A DNA stretch of 32,000 bases from an uncultured Syntrophales bacterium (GTDB lineage: Bacteria; Desulfobacterota; Syntrophia; Syntrophales; JAAYKM01): the NCBI GenBank assembly GCA_964541005.1, contig CAZIPU010000001.1, positions 4,493-36,492 of the forward strand, in the 5' to 3' direction. The position numbers and the translations under genes were made by a program. How positions within the stretch are numbered: position 1 is the stretch's first letter; each line of letters starts with the position of its first letter. Under the pieces are notes generated by a model that was given only the letters and a program-made list of their open reading frames with translations, was not told where the DNA came from and searched no databases. This document shows, piece by piece, positions 8,667 through 18,185 of the stretch.

Positions 8667-9566
8667 TTGAAAGATCGCTTTTATCGAATTCTAACGGTTC
8701 TGTCGAAAGGAGCAGGCCTGTGGCTGTTTCGCCTCGTTGCCTGGGGGATTGCCTCGGGATATTTTTTCCTGTTCCCTTCCCGTGTTGCCGTCAGTGTCCG
8801 TTTTTACCGGGCCCTTTTCCCGTTCCGGAGCCGGGCCTATCACCTCTTCTGTGCCTGGAAGCAATTTCATCACTTCACCCATGTCTTTCTCGACCGCCTG
8901 CTCTGCGATGAAGACTATCCGCTGAAAATGGTCCAGGACGGTACGGCATATCTCGAACAGGCCATCGGGAACAAAGAAGGAGGGATTCTCCTGATGTCCC
9001 ATCTGGGCAACTGGGAACTGGCCGCCCGGAAGCTCCTGAAACTTTACGGCCGGGTCTGTCCTGACATGAAGCTGCTTCTGTACCTGGGACGGAAGCACAA
9101 GGAGCAGATCGAGGGGAGGCAGAAACAGGACCTGGCCGCTCAGGGAATAGAAATTATCGCCGTGGATCCCCACGGGGCGTCTCCCGTTGATCTGGTGGAG
9201 GGAATTCATTTCCTGAAAAAGGGGGGCCTCGTATCCATGACGGGGGACCGGAGGTGGTGGGAGGATCAGCGTTATGTCCCGGTAAGCTTTCTGGGCTGTG
9301 AAGCCCGTCTCCCCGAGGCGCCTTTTGTCTTATCCCTGCTCTCGGGCAAGCCGATTTATATCTTTTTCGCCCATCGCGTGGCCCGTCACACCCACCGTTT
9401 CCGCATTCTCCCCCCCCTGTACGTCCAGGCCGGAAACAGAAGCGAACGGCAGGACGCTGTCCGACGGGCGGCCCAGATATATGCGGATCACCTGGAAGAG
9501 ATGGTCCGGAAGGCACCCTTCGAGTGGTTCCATTTTGAACCTTTTATCGGCAGGAAGTGGTCATGA
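8667..9566 (+). CDS. LpxL/HtrB-like lysophospholipid acyltransferase family protein
   Basis: TTG start. LFRLVAWGIASGYFFLFPSRVAVSVRFYRALFP...GILLMSHLGNWELAARKL...LVSMTGDRRWW...VPVSFLGCEARLPEAPFVLSLLSGKPIYIFFA. Confidence 0.85.
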   Translation: MKDRFYRILTVLSKGAGLWLFRLVAWGIASGYFFLFPSRVAVSVRFYRALFPFRSRAYHLFCAWKQFHHFTHVFLDRLLCDEDYPLKMVQDGTAYLEQAIGNKEGGILLMSHLGNWELAARKLLKLYGRVCPDMKLLLYLGRKHKEQIEGRQKQDLAAQGIEIIAVDPHGASPVDLVEGIHFLKKGGLVSMTGDRRWWEDQRYVPVSFLGCEARLPEAPFVLSLLSGKPIYIFFAHRVARHTHRFRILPPLYVQAGNRSERQDAVRRAAQIYADHLEEMVRKAPFEWFHFEPFIGRKWS

Positions 9567-9600
9567 GCTTCGCCCCGCTTCATGAAATCAAAGAACGGCC

Positions 9601-10005
9601 ATGAAACGACTCGCCAGGCGCATAGCGGCATCCCTGCTCCGCCGGGACGCCATCAGAAAAGCCGTTGCGGAAGGGGGCGATTTTCGTGTATATAGGAACC
9701 GGCCGACTCCCCAGGTAATGGCAGGTTTATTCCTTATTCTATGTAGTTACGTAATCGGATGGCCTGTCATCATCGTTTTGGGATGGATTGCCAATCAGGT
9801 CAAGGAACCCTTGTGGATCGTTGTCGGTGGCCCGCTGATGTACGGTTTGTCCAACCTGATGTTTAACATCGGCGCGTACATCGCCGGTCGCAAGTATGTG
9901 ACGGCCCTGATGAAATGGCTGATCAAGGTCACATTTGAAAAAATCCTCGGACCGGAGAATCTGCTCCCTCACGGTCACGAAGAACGGAATATTAATCGGT
10001 CCTGA
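9601..10005 (+). CDS. Hypothetical small membrane protein
   Basis: 134 aa ORF in the operon gap. Two hydrophobic stretches (VMAGLFLILCSYVIGWPVIIVLGWIA; LWIVVGGPLMYGLSNLMFNIGAYIAG). No family recognised. Confidence 0.65.
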   Translation: MKRLARRIAASLLRRDAIRKAVAEGGDFRVYRNRPTPQVMAGLFLILCSYVIGWPVIIVLGWIANQVKEPLWIVVGGPLMYGLSNLMFNIGAYIAGRKYVTALMKWLIKVTFEKILGPENLLPHGHEERNINRS

Positions 10006-10076
10006 AAAGACACGCCTCGGACGCCAGGGGGTGAGACGGTCTTTCTTGGGCGTGCATATCAGGCAGAAGGAATGTC

Positions 10077-10343
10077 ATGGATGAATTAATAGAAGAACTG
10101 AAAATCAAAATCATCAATACCCTGAACCTTATCGATGTCAAACCTGAAGACATTGATATCCAGGCCCAGCTCGTCGGAGGTGACCTCGGCCTGGATTCCA
10201 TCGACGTTTTGGAACTGGTCATGATGCTTGAAGAGGACTACGGCGTGATCATCGATACCAAGGAACTGGGCATGGAGGTGTTCGCCTCCCTGGGGGCGCT
10301 GGCGGAACACGTCCATCATCACCGGTCGGAGAAAGGTGATTGA
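10077..10343 (+). CDS. Acyl carrier protein
   Basis: 88 aa; QLVGGDLGLDSIDVLELVMMLEEDYGVIIDTKE. Confidence 0.93.
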   Translation: MDELIEELKIKIINTLNLIDVKPEDIDIQAQLVGGDLGLDSIDVLELVMMLEEDYGVIIDTKELGMEVFASLGALAEHVHHHRSEKGD

Positions 10344-12517
10344 GCGGCCCGCGTATTTTCATCACATCGATGGGGATTGTCAGCCCTTTCGGTGAAGGGA
10401 TCGGGAAAAATCTTTCGACCCTGAAAGACGCCGTCTCGGCCCTTGCCCCTCTCCGGCTGTTTTCCGCCTCCCATGACCCCTTGCCGGTCGGAGAAATCCC
10501 CTCAATCAGCGTTCCGGGAGACCTGCCCCGCACCCATGTCCTGGCCATGATGGCGGCCGAAGAGGCCATGAAAGGGATCAGCGGTCCGCCCGATGCCGTC
10601 ATCATCGGAACCACCACGGGAGGGATGACCGCAACCGAGGAATATCTCAAACAGGGGGAAAAGGAACCCTCTCTGTATCGTAATCATTCGGCAGGGTCGG
10701 TGACGGAGGCGATTGCCGCCCGCTTCGGTTGCCGGGGACCGGTGCTGACGGTTTCGACCGCCTGTTCATCGGGAACGGTGGCGGTCAAGATCGCTCTGGA
10801 ACTGCTCCGTTCGGGGAAGGCCCTGCGGGTTCTGGCCGGAGGGGCGGACGCCCTGTGCCGGCTCACCTACTACGGATTTCATTCCCTCCAACTCGTCGAT
10901 CCGGGAGGAGCGCATCCCTTTGATTCGGGAAGGAAAGGCATGTCCGTGGCGGAGGGGGCGGCCATGTTCCTCCTGACGGCAGCCGATACCCCGCCTGAGG
11001 GGGCCGTCGCGGAACTTCTCGGCGGCGCCCTGACCTGCGACGCCTATCACCCGGCAGCGCCTCATCCCTCCGGAGAAGGGGCAAGGAGAGCCATGGAAGA
11101 CGCCCTTGCCGATGCCGGCGTTGCCCGGGAGGAAATCGATTACATTCATCTGCACGGAACAGGGACCCCGGAAAACGATCTCGCCGAAGGGCGGGCTGTT
11201 AGCGCCCTCTTCGGCGGCCGGCCCATGCCTCCCCTGTCGTCCCTGAAGGGCGCCTGGGGACATTCCCTCGCCGCAGCAGGGGCGATGGGAACCGTCGTGT
11301 CCGCCCTGGCCGTTCACAAGGGTTTTATTCCTCCCAATGTGGGGATTCGCAGCCCCGATCCGGAAACCGCTCTGGCACCCGTAACCGCTTATCAGGCAGG
11401 CGATGTCAGGCAGGTCCTGGTCAATTCATTCGGTTTCGGCGGCAATAACGCCGTTCTGGTTCTGGGCCGGCCCGGCAATGGGAAACGGGCGATTCCGGTC
11501 CGGAAAAACGATGAATCCATCCCGTTTTTTGTCCACGGCCGGTCCTGCCTGACCGGGGCGGGCGATACGGACAGCACCCTCGACCTGTTAAGCAGGGGAA
11601 AAGAACTGAAGGGAATGGTCCCGTCCCCGGACCTGATGAAGCATCTCTCGGGCAAGGCCGTACGTCGTCTGAAACGCCTGTCACGGATGGTGCTTTCTCT
11701 CGGAGTCTCCGCCTGTGCGGGAAAACAAAAAGACGATTTGCCGAGGGCGATCTTTTTCGGTACCCGCTGGGGAGCGCTTTCCGAAACCCATGATTTCCTG
11801 GCCAAGCTCTTCGAGATGGATGAACGTTTTACCAGTCCCACCGATTTTATCGGATCGGTCCATAACGCACCGGCGGGACAGGCGGCGATCCACTTCCAGG
11901 CCCCGGGTCCGAATGTCACCATTGCCGGCGGCAACGGATCGTTCGAGCAGGCCCTCTTCTCCGCCGGTCTTGTGTGCCGCGAGGAATCGCTCCTTCTTGT
12001 CGGGGCCGATGAATACAACGAACATCTGTCTCCCCTGTTCGATCCGGAGGCGTCGTCGGAGGAAAGGCCCACGGACGGCGGCGGTGCGCTTTACCTGAAG
12101 CGGGAAAAAGGGGGGGCGACCAGCCGGGTGGCCCCGGTCTTTACGGGTTTTTCCGGCAGCGACGAATCGGTCATCAGGGAACTGATCATGAAACTGGGAG
12201 GGCGTGTCCGCATCCGGGAACGATTCGGCCTGATCCTGGCAGGCATGCCCGCGTCATTTCGAGACCAGGGAAGGCGCCAGGGGGATGCTTTTCTTGCCGA
12301 AACGGCTTATCCGCATCCCTTTATCGATTATCGACGGTTTGTCGGCGAATGCGCCTCGGCCTCCGCCGTGGCGACGGTTCTCGCGGTTCTTTTCGTCGAG
12401 CAGGGAACGGCGCCGGGAGGGATCTGTGGCGGCACACCGGCCGATCTCAACGGGCGGGGCATTCTCGTGCTCGGCTTCGGCCGTCACGTGACAGCCCTGG
12501 AGGTGATGCCATGCTGA
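10340..12517 (+). CDS. Beta-ketoacyl synthase (KAS II/FabF-like) fused to a chain-length-factor-like, ketoacyl-synt_2-type second domain
   Basis: Domain 1: VSTACSSGTVAVKIAL, HLHGTGTPENDLAEG, GHSLAAAGAMG, NSFGFGGNNAVLVLG. Domain 2: RAIFFGTRWGALSETHDFLAKLF...VHNAPAGQAAIHFQAPGPNVTIAGGNGSFEQALFSAGL...LLVGADEYNEHLSPLF. Overlaps the ACP stop. Confidence 0.88.
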   Translation: MSGPRIFITSMGIVSPFGEGIGKNLSTLKDAVSALAPLRLFSASHDPLPVGEIPSISVPGDLPRTHVLAMMAAEEAMKGISGPPDAVIIGTTTGGMTATEEYLKQGEKEPSLYRNHSAGSVTEAIAARFGCRGPVLTVSTACSSGTVAVKIALELLRSGKALRVLAGGADALCRLTYYGFHSLQLVDPGGAHPFDSGRKGMSVAEGAAMFLLTAADTPPEGAVAELLGGALTCDAYHPAAPHPSGEGARRAMEDALADAGVAREEIDYIHLHGTGTPENDLAEGRAVSALFGGRPMPPLSSLKGAWGHSLAAAGAMGTVVSALAVHKGFIPPNVGIRSPDPETALAPVTAYQAGDVRQVLVNSFGFGGNNAVLVLGRPGNGKRAIPVRKNDESIPFFVHGRSCLTGAGDTDSTLDLLSRGKELKGMVPSPDLMKHLSGKAVRRLKRLSRMVLSLGVSACAGKQKDDLPRAIFFGTRWGALSETHDFLAKLFEMDERFTSPTDFIGSVHNAPAGQAAIHFQAPGPNVTIAGGNGSFEQALFSAGLVCREESLLLVGADEYNEHLSPLFDPEASSEERPTDGGGALYLKREKGGATSRVAPVFTGFSGSDESVIRELIMKLGGRVRIRERFGLILAGMPASFRDQGRRQGDAFLAETAYPHPFIDYRRFVGECASASAVATVLAVLFVEQGTAPGGICGGTPADLNGRGILVLGFGRHVTALEVMPC

Positions 12518-13992
12518 AGCAAATCCGCGAGCCCGGCAGGATACTGATTATCGGCTCCGGTGCCGGCGGCCTGACGGCGGGAATTATCCTGGCTAAACTG
12601 GGCTATCCTGTGACGATCGCGGAAAAAAACATCCAGGCGGGCGGGTTGATGCACAATTATCGCCGCCGGGGCTTCGATTGTCCCGTTGGGGTGCATTACC
12701 TGGGATCCCTGGATTCCGGTCAGCCCCTCCGGCGATTATGGGATTATCTGGGCGTAACGGAAAAGATTCCCCTGGAACGCATGGGAACGTCAGGCCCCAT
12801 CGATCGCTATGTCTTTGACGATTTTCATTTCGATTTACCCGAGGGGGTGCCGGCTTTTGAAGAAAACCTGATGCAGGCCTTCCCGGAAGAGCACAAGCAG
12901 ATTGCGTCGGTTATGGCAGAGCTTACGGAGGTCAGTGGCAGCTTTGCGCGCCTCGACATGCTTTTGTCTCCGGAAGGGGTACCCGTTTCCGTGGAGAGTT
13001 TTTCTCCCATGGGGGAACATCTTGACCGCCTGGGTTGTTCGGAACGTCTGAAAAGCGTCCTGGGTGTTCCTTCCATGCTTATCGGGCTGTCCCTTCAGGA
13101 ATGTCCCCTTTTTTACTATTACCTGACCCTCTCCTCTTACCTTCTGTCATCCTGGCGGCTGAGGGACAACAGTTCCCGCATGGCGGAGGCATTTGCCGGT
13201 CGGTTCCGTGCATTGGGAGGACAACTGGTACTTGGAGACGGCGTCAAACGCATTCTTGCCGAATCGGGCAGGATAAGGGGCGTGCGGCTTCAATCCGGCC
13301 GCGAGATCGATGCGGATACCATTATTGCCGCCGTTCATCCCCAGGCCGTCACGGCCATGCTGCCCGAAGGCGTGCTGCGGCCTGACCAGGCGGAACGGAT
13401 CGCTCGGCTCGAAAACACCAAGGGTCTGTTTGTCGTAACGCTGTCCGTTGCAGACAGTGTTAATGAAGCTCTTCCCTATAATATTTACCGGCTCCACCCC
13501 GAAGCGGATGGCTCCCTTGCAAAGGGATCGTTTCACCAGATACGAAAGGGCAATCAAGCCGGGACGAATCTCCTGACCATGATGGCCACCAGCAGCATCA
13601 AGGAATGGCAGCCTTGGGAACAGACCGTGTCGGGCCGGCGTGGGGGCGACTATAAATGCGAAAAGAGAAACAGAGCGGAGGCGTTCATCACCGAAGCGAC
13701 GGCACTTTTCGGCCCCCTGAAAGGAAAGGGAATCGTTGATATTTATACCCCCCTGACGATCCGGGATTGGGTCGGAAGCCCCGGCGGATCGGCCTACGGG
13801 ATCAGGCGTTCGTCGTCACAGCTGATGAGGACGGCTTTTCTGAACCGGCCGGCCGTCAAGGGGCTTTTTTTTGCGGGACAGAATATTCTCGCCCCCGGAA
13901 TCATGGGAACGACCCTGGGGTCATTCCAGGTCATCAAACGGATTATCGGCCAGGAACATTTCGGTCGAACAGTACTGGAGGGGCTGCGTTGA
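12511..13992 (+). CDS. CrtI/phytoene desaturase-like FAD-dependent oxidoreductase
   Basis: Start MLKQIREPG at 12511 overlaps the KAS-CLF stop. RILIIGSGAGGLTAGIILAKLGYPVTIAEKNIQAGGLMHNYRRRGFDCPVGVHYLG (dinucleotide binding and CrtI/RetSat-like start); C-terminus KGLFFAGQNILAPGIMGTTLGSFQVIKRIIG. Confidence 0.88.
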   Translation: MLKQIREPGRILIIGSGAGGLTAGIILAKLGYPVTIAEKNIQAGGLMHNYRRRGFDCPVGVHYLGSLDSGQPLRRLWDYLGVTEKIPLERMGTSGPIDRYVFDDFHFDLPEGVPAFEENLMQAFPEEHKQIASVMAELTEVSGSFARLDMLLSPEGVPVSVESFSPMGEHLDRLGCSERLKSVLGVPSMLIGLSLQECPLFYYYLTLSSYLLSSWRLRDNSSRMAEAFAGRFRALGGQLVLGDGVKRILAESGRIRGVRLQSGREIDADTIIAAVHPQAVTAMLPEGVLRPDQAERIARLENTKGLFVVTLSVADSVNEALPYNIYRLHPEADGSLAKGSFHQIRKGNQAGTNLLTMMATSSIKEWQPWEQTVSGRRGGDYKCEKRNRAEAFITEATALFGPLKGKGIVDIYTPLTIRDWVGSPGGSAYGIRRSSSQLMRTAFLNRPAVKGLFFAGQNILAPGIMGTTLGSFQVIKRIIGQEHFGRTVLEGLR

Positions 13993-15338
13993 TCATATTG
14001 CTGATTTCCACCAATACCATGACGGATCCCTATCCGACTTATCCCATCGGTCTGGACTATGTCGCCCATGCCATTCCCCCCCACCACAAAGTCGTGATGG
14101 TCGACCTGAACGACCCGGGAGAGAATAAAACACTCGCAGGGATCCTTACTGAAGAGCACCCCGACCTTATTGGCCTGTCGATCCGGAATATCGACAATAC
14201 GGAAGCCGTGAATGTGAAAAGCTTCTCCGAAGGCATGTGCGATCTGATACGCCTCATTCGACGCCATACCAGGGCAAAGATCGTTCTTGGGGGAAGCGGG
14301 TTCACAATCCTGCCCGGTGAATGGATGCGCCTTCTTGACGCGGATTATGGCGTCATCGGGGAAGGGGAACGCCTGCCCCTTTTGCTGGATGCCCTGGAAA
14401 GAAACGAGACGACTTCCGGTCTGCCGGGCATCATGACGAAAGAGGATCCCGTGATTTTCCCGGAACCCTGGACGGGCACATTCCATCGCGGGCCTTTTTT
14501 CTCCCGGGCCTATACGTCTTTTTACCTGAAAAAGGGGGGCATGCTCAACCTGCAGACCAAACGGGGTTGCCCCTTCAAATGTATCTATTGTACTTACCCT
14601 CATATCGAGGGGAAAACGTTCCGTTTTGTACCTCCCGATGAAGCGGCTGAAACAGCGCGGATGCTCCAGGACGCCGGCGCGCGCTACCTCTACATGACCG
14701 ATTCGACCTTCAACGGAAATTACGAGCATAGCCTGGCCGTTGCCGAAGCTTTCAAGAAAGCGGGCGTTTCCATCCCCTGGGGGGGCTTCTTCACCCCGAC
14801 CCGACCCCCTGCCGATTATTACCGTATCCTTGCGGAGGCGGGACTCCGGCATGTGGAATTCGGAACGGAGGCCCTGAATAATCCCATGCTGGCGGCATAC
14901 CGGAAACCGTTCAATCTCGAAGATGTCCGGATGGCCCATCGCTTTGCTCTGGAGGCGGGTCTTCATATCGCCCATTACCTCATGCTGGGCGGCCCCGGAG
15001 AAAGCGAGGCCACCCTTCAGGAAACACTTGAAAATTCTAATGATCTGGTGAAGGCTGTCTACTTCATGTTCAGCGGAATACGGATCTATCCGCACACGGA
15101 CCTGTACGACCTGGCCTTGCGGGAGGAACAGATCCAACCGGGCACGAATTTACTGAAGCCCACGTTTTACTGGTCCCCGGGCCTAAACCGACGGAGAGCC
15201 ATGACGCTGATCACGAATCATGCGGAGGGACGAAGCAACTGGCTTGTCGGCTCCGGGGCGGAAAAAACATCCAGGATTCTTTCACGGCTTTACGCCCGGG
15301 GTCACGTGGGCCCCCTTTGGGAGCACATGATCCGATGA
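13989..15338 (+). CDS. B12-binding domain radical SAM protein
   Basis: TTG start overlapping the previous stop. ILLISTNTMTDPYPTYPIGLDYVAHAIPPHHKVVMVDLND...PDLIGLSIRNIDN...IVLGGSGFTILPGEWM...YGVIGEGE, then QTKRGCPFKCIYCTYPHIEG (CxxxCxxC). Confidence 0.92.
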   Translation: MIILLISTNTMTDPYPTYPIGLDYVAHAIPPHHKVVMVDLNDPGENKTLAGILTEEHPDLIGLSIRNIDNTEAVNVKSFSEGMCDLIRLIRRHTRAKIVLGGSGFTILPGEWMRLLDADYGVIGEGERLPLLLDALERNETTSGLPGIMTKEDPVIFPEPWTGTFHRGPFFSRAYTSFYLKKGGMLNLQTKRGCPFKCIYCTYPHIEGKTFRFVPPDEAAETARMLQDAGARYLYMTDSTFNGNYEHSLAVAEAFKKAGVSIPWGGFFTPTRPPADYYRILAEAGLRHVEFGTEALNNPMLAAYRKPFNLEDVRMAHRFALEAGLHIAHYLMLGGPGESEATLQETLENSNDLVKAVYFMFSGIRIYPHTDLYDLALREEQIQPGTNLLKPTFYWSPGLNRRRAMTLITNHAEGRSNWLVGSGAEKTSRILSRLYARGHVGPLWEHMIR

Positions 15339-16159
15339 CCGGCCCGGAAACGGAAGGAGGGGGACTGTCCCCCGCCGGCATATCCGGTTTGATCGCCCTT
15401 TCCCTGGCATCGCTGCTGGCGGTCTTTCATCCGCCGTCGGCGGTCATCCCCCTGGCGTCTTACGTTCTGATCTGCCTGGGAGCACCGTTTTTCCCGACCG
15501 TCGGTTTCTTTCTGCCCGTTTACAGCCGGGGACGCACCGGAAGATCCGTGGTTGCGATTACTTTCGATGACGGACCGGATCCGGAAACCACCCCTTTACT
15601 TCTGGAACTTCTTTGCCGATACCATGTAAAGGCAACCTTCTTCGTTACGGGAACGAGGGTGAAAGCGCATGGCGATCTCATTTCGGCCATCCTCGGGGAA
15701 GGCCACGATATCGGGAATCATTCCTTCAGTCATGATGTTTTCCTGATGTTCCGGACGATGAAGCGTCTTGCCGGGGAGGTGGCGATGACCCAGAGAAGCC
15801 TGCGGGGTTTCGGGTTCGTTCCCCTGGCCTTCAGGCCCCCGGTGGGAATTACAAACCCGAAGCTCGGACCTGTTTTACGCCGGCAAGGTCTTTTCTGCGT
15901 CAATTTTTCCTGCCGGGCTTACGACGGCGGCAACCGGTTCGTCCGGGGGATGGCCGGCCGAATTCTGAAGAAAGTCAGGTCCGATGACATCATTGTATTG
16001 CATGATGTGCCACCGGGGAATGGGGTAACCGTACAGATCTGGCTTGAAGAAGTGGCATCCGTCCTTTCCGGGTTGGAAAAGAGGGGCCTGAGCGTTATTC
16101 CCCTGGCGGAACTCCTCGGGAGACCGATCATCGTCAGGGCAACGGGTGTTGGTCAATGA
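15335..16159 (+). CDS. Polysaccharide deacetylase (CE4, NodB-like) with N-terminal hydrophobic region
   Basis: VVAITFDDGPDPETTPLLLELLCRYHVKATFFVTGTRV...GHDIGNHSFSHDVF...FRPPVGITNPKL...IIVLHDVPPGNG; N-terminal hydrophobic LIALSLASLLAVFHPPSAVIPLASYVLICLG. Confidence 0.88.
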   Translation: MTGPETEGGGLSPAGISGLIALSLASLLAVFHPPSAVIPLASYVLICLGAPFFPTVGFFLPVYSRGRTGRSVVAITFDDGPDPETTPLLLELLCRYHVKATFFVTGTRVKAHGDLISAILGEGHDIGNHSFSHDVFLMFRTMKRLAGEVAMTQRSLRGFGFVPLAFRPPVGITNPKLGPVLRRQGLFCVNFSCRAYDGGNRFVRGMAGRILKKVRSDDIIVLHDVPPGNGVTVQIWLEEVASVLSGLEKRGLSVIPLAELLGRPIIVRATGVGQ

Positions 16160-16229
16160 TCTTCGGAAGTTATAATGAGCAAAAAACTGTTGATACAGGG
16201 GGGGATCAATGGTATTTGGTTCCGGTTAA

Positions 16230-16670
16230 ATGGGCGCTCCTAAACAAGGATATTCTGCTTTGTGCGCCATGGATATGATGGAACAATGGCATCGCATATA
16301 TCATGAAACCGATCCGTCGGGTTCCGGAGTGATGATCAGGGCCTTGGCGCAAAGCGGATCCCCCTGGTTTTCCGGTCATTTCCCCGGAGAGCCGATTCTG
16401 CCGGGCATTGCCATCCTGTCCATGGTTAAGGAGGCCGTCCTGGCGGAGGAATCCCGCAAGGGAAGGCGTATTCGGATTCATGGAATCAACAGGGTTCGCT
16501 TCCGTCTGCCCGTCCGACCGGATGACCTGCTGACCCTGGCGTTTTCCATGTCCGGACAGGAAGGGAAGCCCGTTTATTCATTCAAGGTATCCCTGGACGG
16601 GAAAACGGTGTGCAACGGGATGATCGCCGCCGGGCTTCTGCCGGAGACGCTTCCGGCTTCCGATGGCTGA
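16230..16670 (+). CDS. FabZ/ApeI-like hotdog-fold 3-hydroxyacyl-ACP dehydratase-type protein
   Basis: GSPWFSGHFPGEPILPGIAILSMVKEAVLAEE...VRFRLPVRPDDLLTLAFS. True start may be downstream (16269 or 16275). Confidence 0.75.
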   Translation: MGAPKQGYSALCAMDMMEQWHRIYHETDPSGSGVMIRALAQSGSPWFSGHFPGEPILPGIAILSMVKEAVLAEESRKGRRIRIHGINRVRFRLPVRPDDLLTLAFSMSGQEGKPVYSFKVSLDGKTVCNGMIAAGLLPETLPASDG

Positions 16671-16755
16671 AAGGTGGAATAAAAGGACTTGAATGACCGG
16701 AAGGTCTTTTATAGATTCAAAGTGCAGTCATTTTAACGAGGAGGAATGGATACCC

Positions 16756-17016
16756 GTGAGTGCGGAAAACAAGGCCCTGATCATTCGCGTCGCCGAGATC
16801 GTCATTACCGAATTGAAGTTGCAGGACATTACGCCCGATACATTTGATCCCGATCTCGATCTTGTGGATGAACTGGGGGTGGACAGCATGGATCTGGCTA
16901 CGGTGGTCCTGGTTCTGCAGGACGAATATGGGATCACCATCGACGAGGACGACTATCCGAAATTGAGAAACATCCGCCTGATCGCAGAATATGTCGAACA
17001 GAAGCAGCGGGCGTAA
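16756..17016 (+). CDS. Acyl carrier protein
   Basis: LDLVDELGVDSMDLATVVLVLQDEYGITIDEDDYPKLRNI. GTG start at 16756 preferred: the GAGGAGGAAT Shine-Dalgarno lies just upstream. Confidence 0.9.
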   Translation: MSAENKALIIRVAEIVITELKLQDITPDTFDPDLDLVDELGVDSMDLATVVLVLQDEYGITIDEDDYPKLRNIRLIAEYVEQKQRA

Positions 17017-17029
17017 TGATAAAACATTC

Positions 17030-18127
17030 GTGAGTACGACAGACGCCATAACCCTCCCAGGCGAGGAGAACGGGAAAAGAAAATGGAAGTTTTCAGAACT
17101 TCTGGCCGATCCGGAGGTGTCTTCACGATGGGAGAAGGTGCGTAAGTATTTCTTTCTCCGGGAATCGACGTATGACATGACGAATCGCTGCAACATTCGC
17201 TGCGACGGCTGTTATTACTATGAAGGGGAAAAACAGTTTGCCGTCGACAGCCGTGATCCCGAAGCGTGGCGCAAACTGATGCAGGACGAGAAATTCAGGG
17301 GGATCACCTATGTCGTTCTGGCCGGCGCGGAGCCTTCCCTGGTTCCGGAACTGCTTGAGGTCTGCTTCCGGGAAATGCCTCTGGGCAGCATCGCCACCAA
17401 CGGTTACGTCCGGATTCCCGAGAGCGTAGGTTACCGGATCCATATTTCCGTCTGGGGTAATGATGAAACGAGTGCCCGCGTCCGGGGTGCCAAAAACCTC
17501 CTGAAACGGCAGATCGAGAATTACGCCGGCGATTCCCGGGCCGTTTTTGTCTACACCTTCACCCGGGATAACATTGACGAAGTTTACGAGGTCATGGAAA
17601 CGATCGCTTCCCGGGATTGCCGGATGACCTTCAACATGTTTTCCTCCCCCGTAGGCTATACGGGAGGCCTTCGGCACGATACGGCATCGCTGCTCCGGGC
17701 CAGGCAAACGATGATGGATATCCTGACAAGGTACCCGGAGAACATCCTGTTTTCGCCTTATAACGTGGTGGCCCATACGGAGCCATATGGTCTCCATACC
17801 CTCTATGGGTGTTCTTACCCGAGGATGAACGGTTCCACCGATATCGGCCTGGGCCGATCCTTCCGCCAGTACCGGTCGGATCTTTCCTGGGATCGAAGCG
17901 TGGCCTGCTGCGTACCCGATACGGACTGCGAAGACTGCCGGCACTATGCTTCCGGCAGTGCCGTGGTGACGGCCCGCCTCTACCGCCATGTGACCGATCC
18001 GGAAACATTCCGTTCCTGGCTGGACTATGTGGATACCTATCTGGCCGTCTGGGTAATGGGTTACGATAAGGGAGAAAACCTCTGCCGTACATTGATCGAA
18101 CCGCCCGGGAAACCGGACTCAATTTGA
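17030..18127 (+). CDS. Radical SAM protein with C-terminal SPASM-like Cys cluster
   Basis: STYDMTNRCNIRCDGCYYYEGEKQ (CxxxCxxC); C-terminal VACCVPDTDCEDCRHYASG. GTG start at 17030 proposed; ORF track starts at 16991. Confidence 0.87.
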   Translation: MSTTDAITLPGEENGKRKWKFSELLADPEVSSRWEKVRKYFFLRESTYDMTNRCNIRCDGCYYYEGEKQFAVDSRDPEAWRKLMQDEKFRGITYVVLAGAEPSLVPELLEVCFREMPLGSIATNGYVRIPESVGYRIHISVWGNDETSARVRGAKNLLKRQIENYAGDSRAVFVYTFTRDNIDEVYEVMETIASRDCRMTFNMFSSPVGYTGGLRHDTASLLRARQTMMDILTRYPENILFSPYNVVAHTEPYGLHTLYGCSYPRMNGSTDIGLGRSFRQYRSDLSWDRSVACCVPDTDCEDCRHYASGSAVVTARLYRHVTDPETFRSWLDYVDTYLAVWVMGYDKGENLCRTLIEPPGKPDSI

Positions 18128-18185
18128 AAAACAGGGTTGTCGTTTCCATTCTGGGGGACGACGGGGGGAAAACGAGAAAAATTAT

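Noticed and set aside
10011-10054. CACGCC...GGCGTG inverted repeat before the ACP at 10077
   Set aside because: Only a 6-bp stem with a long loop and no U-tract; too weak to call a terminator or attenuator inside an apparent operon.
13794-15137. 447-aa minus-strand ORF
   Set aside because: Antisense shadow of the B12-binding radical SAM gene (13989-15338); its translation has no family-like motifs.
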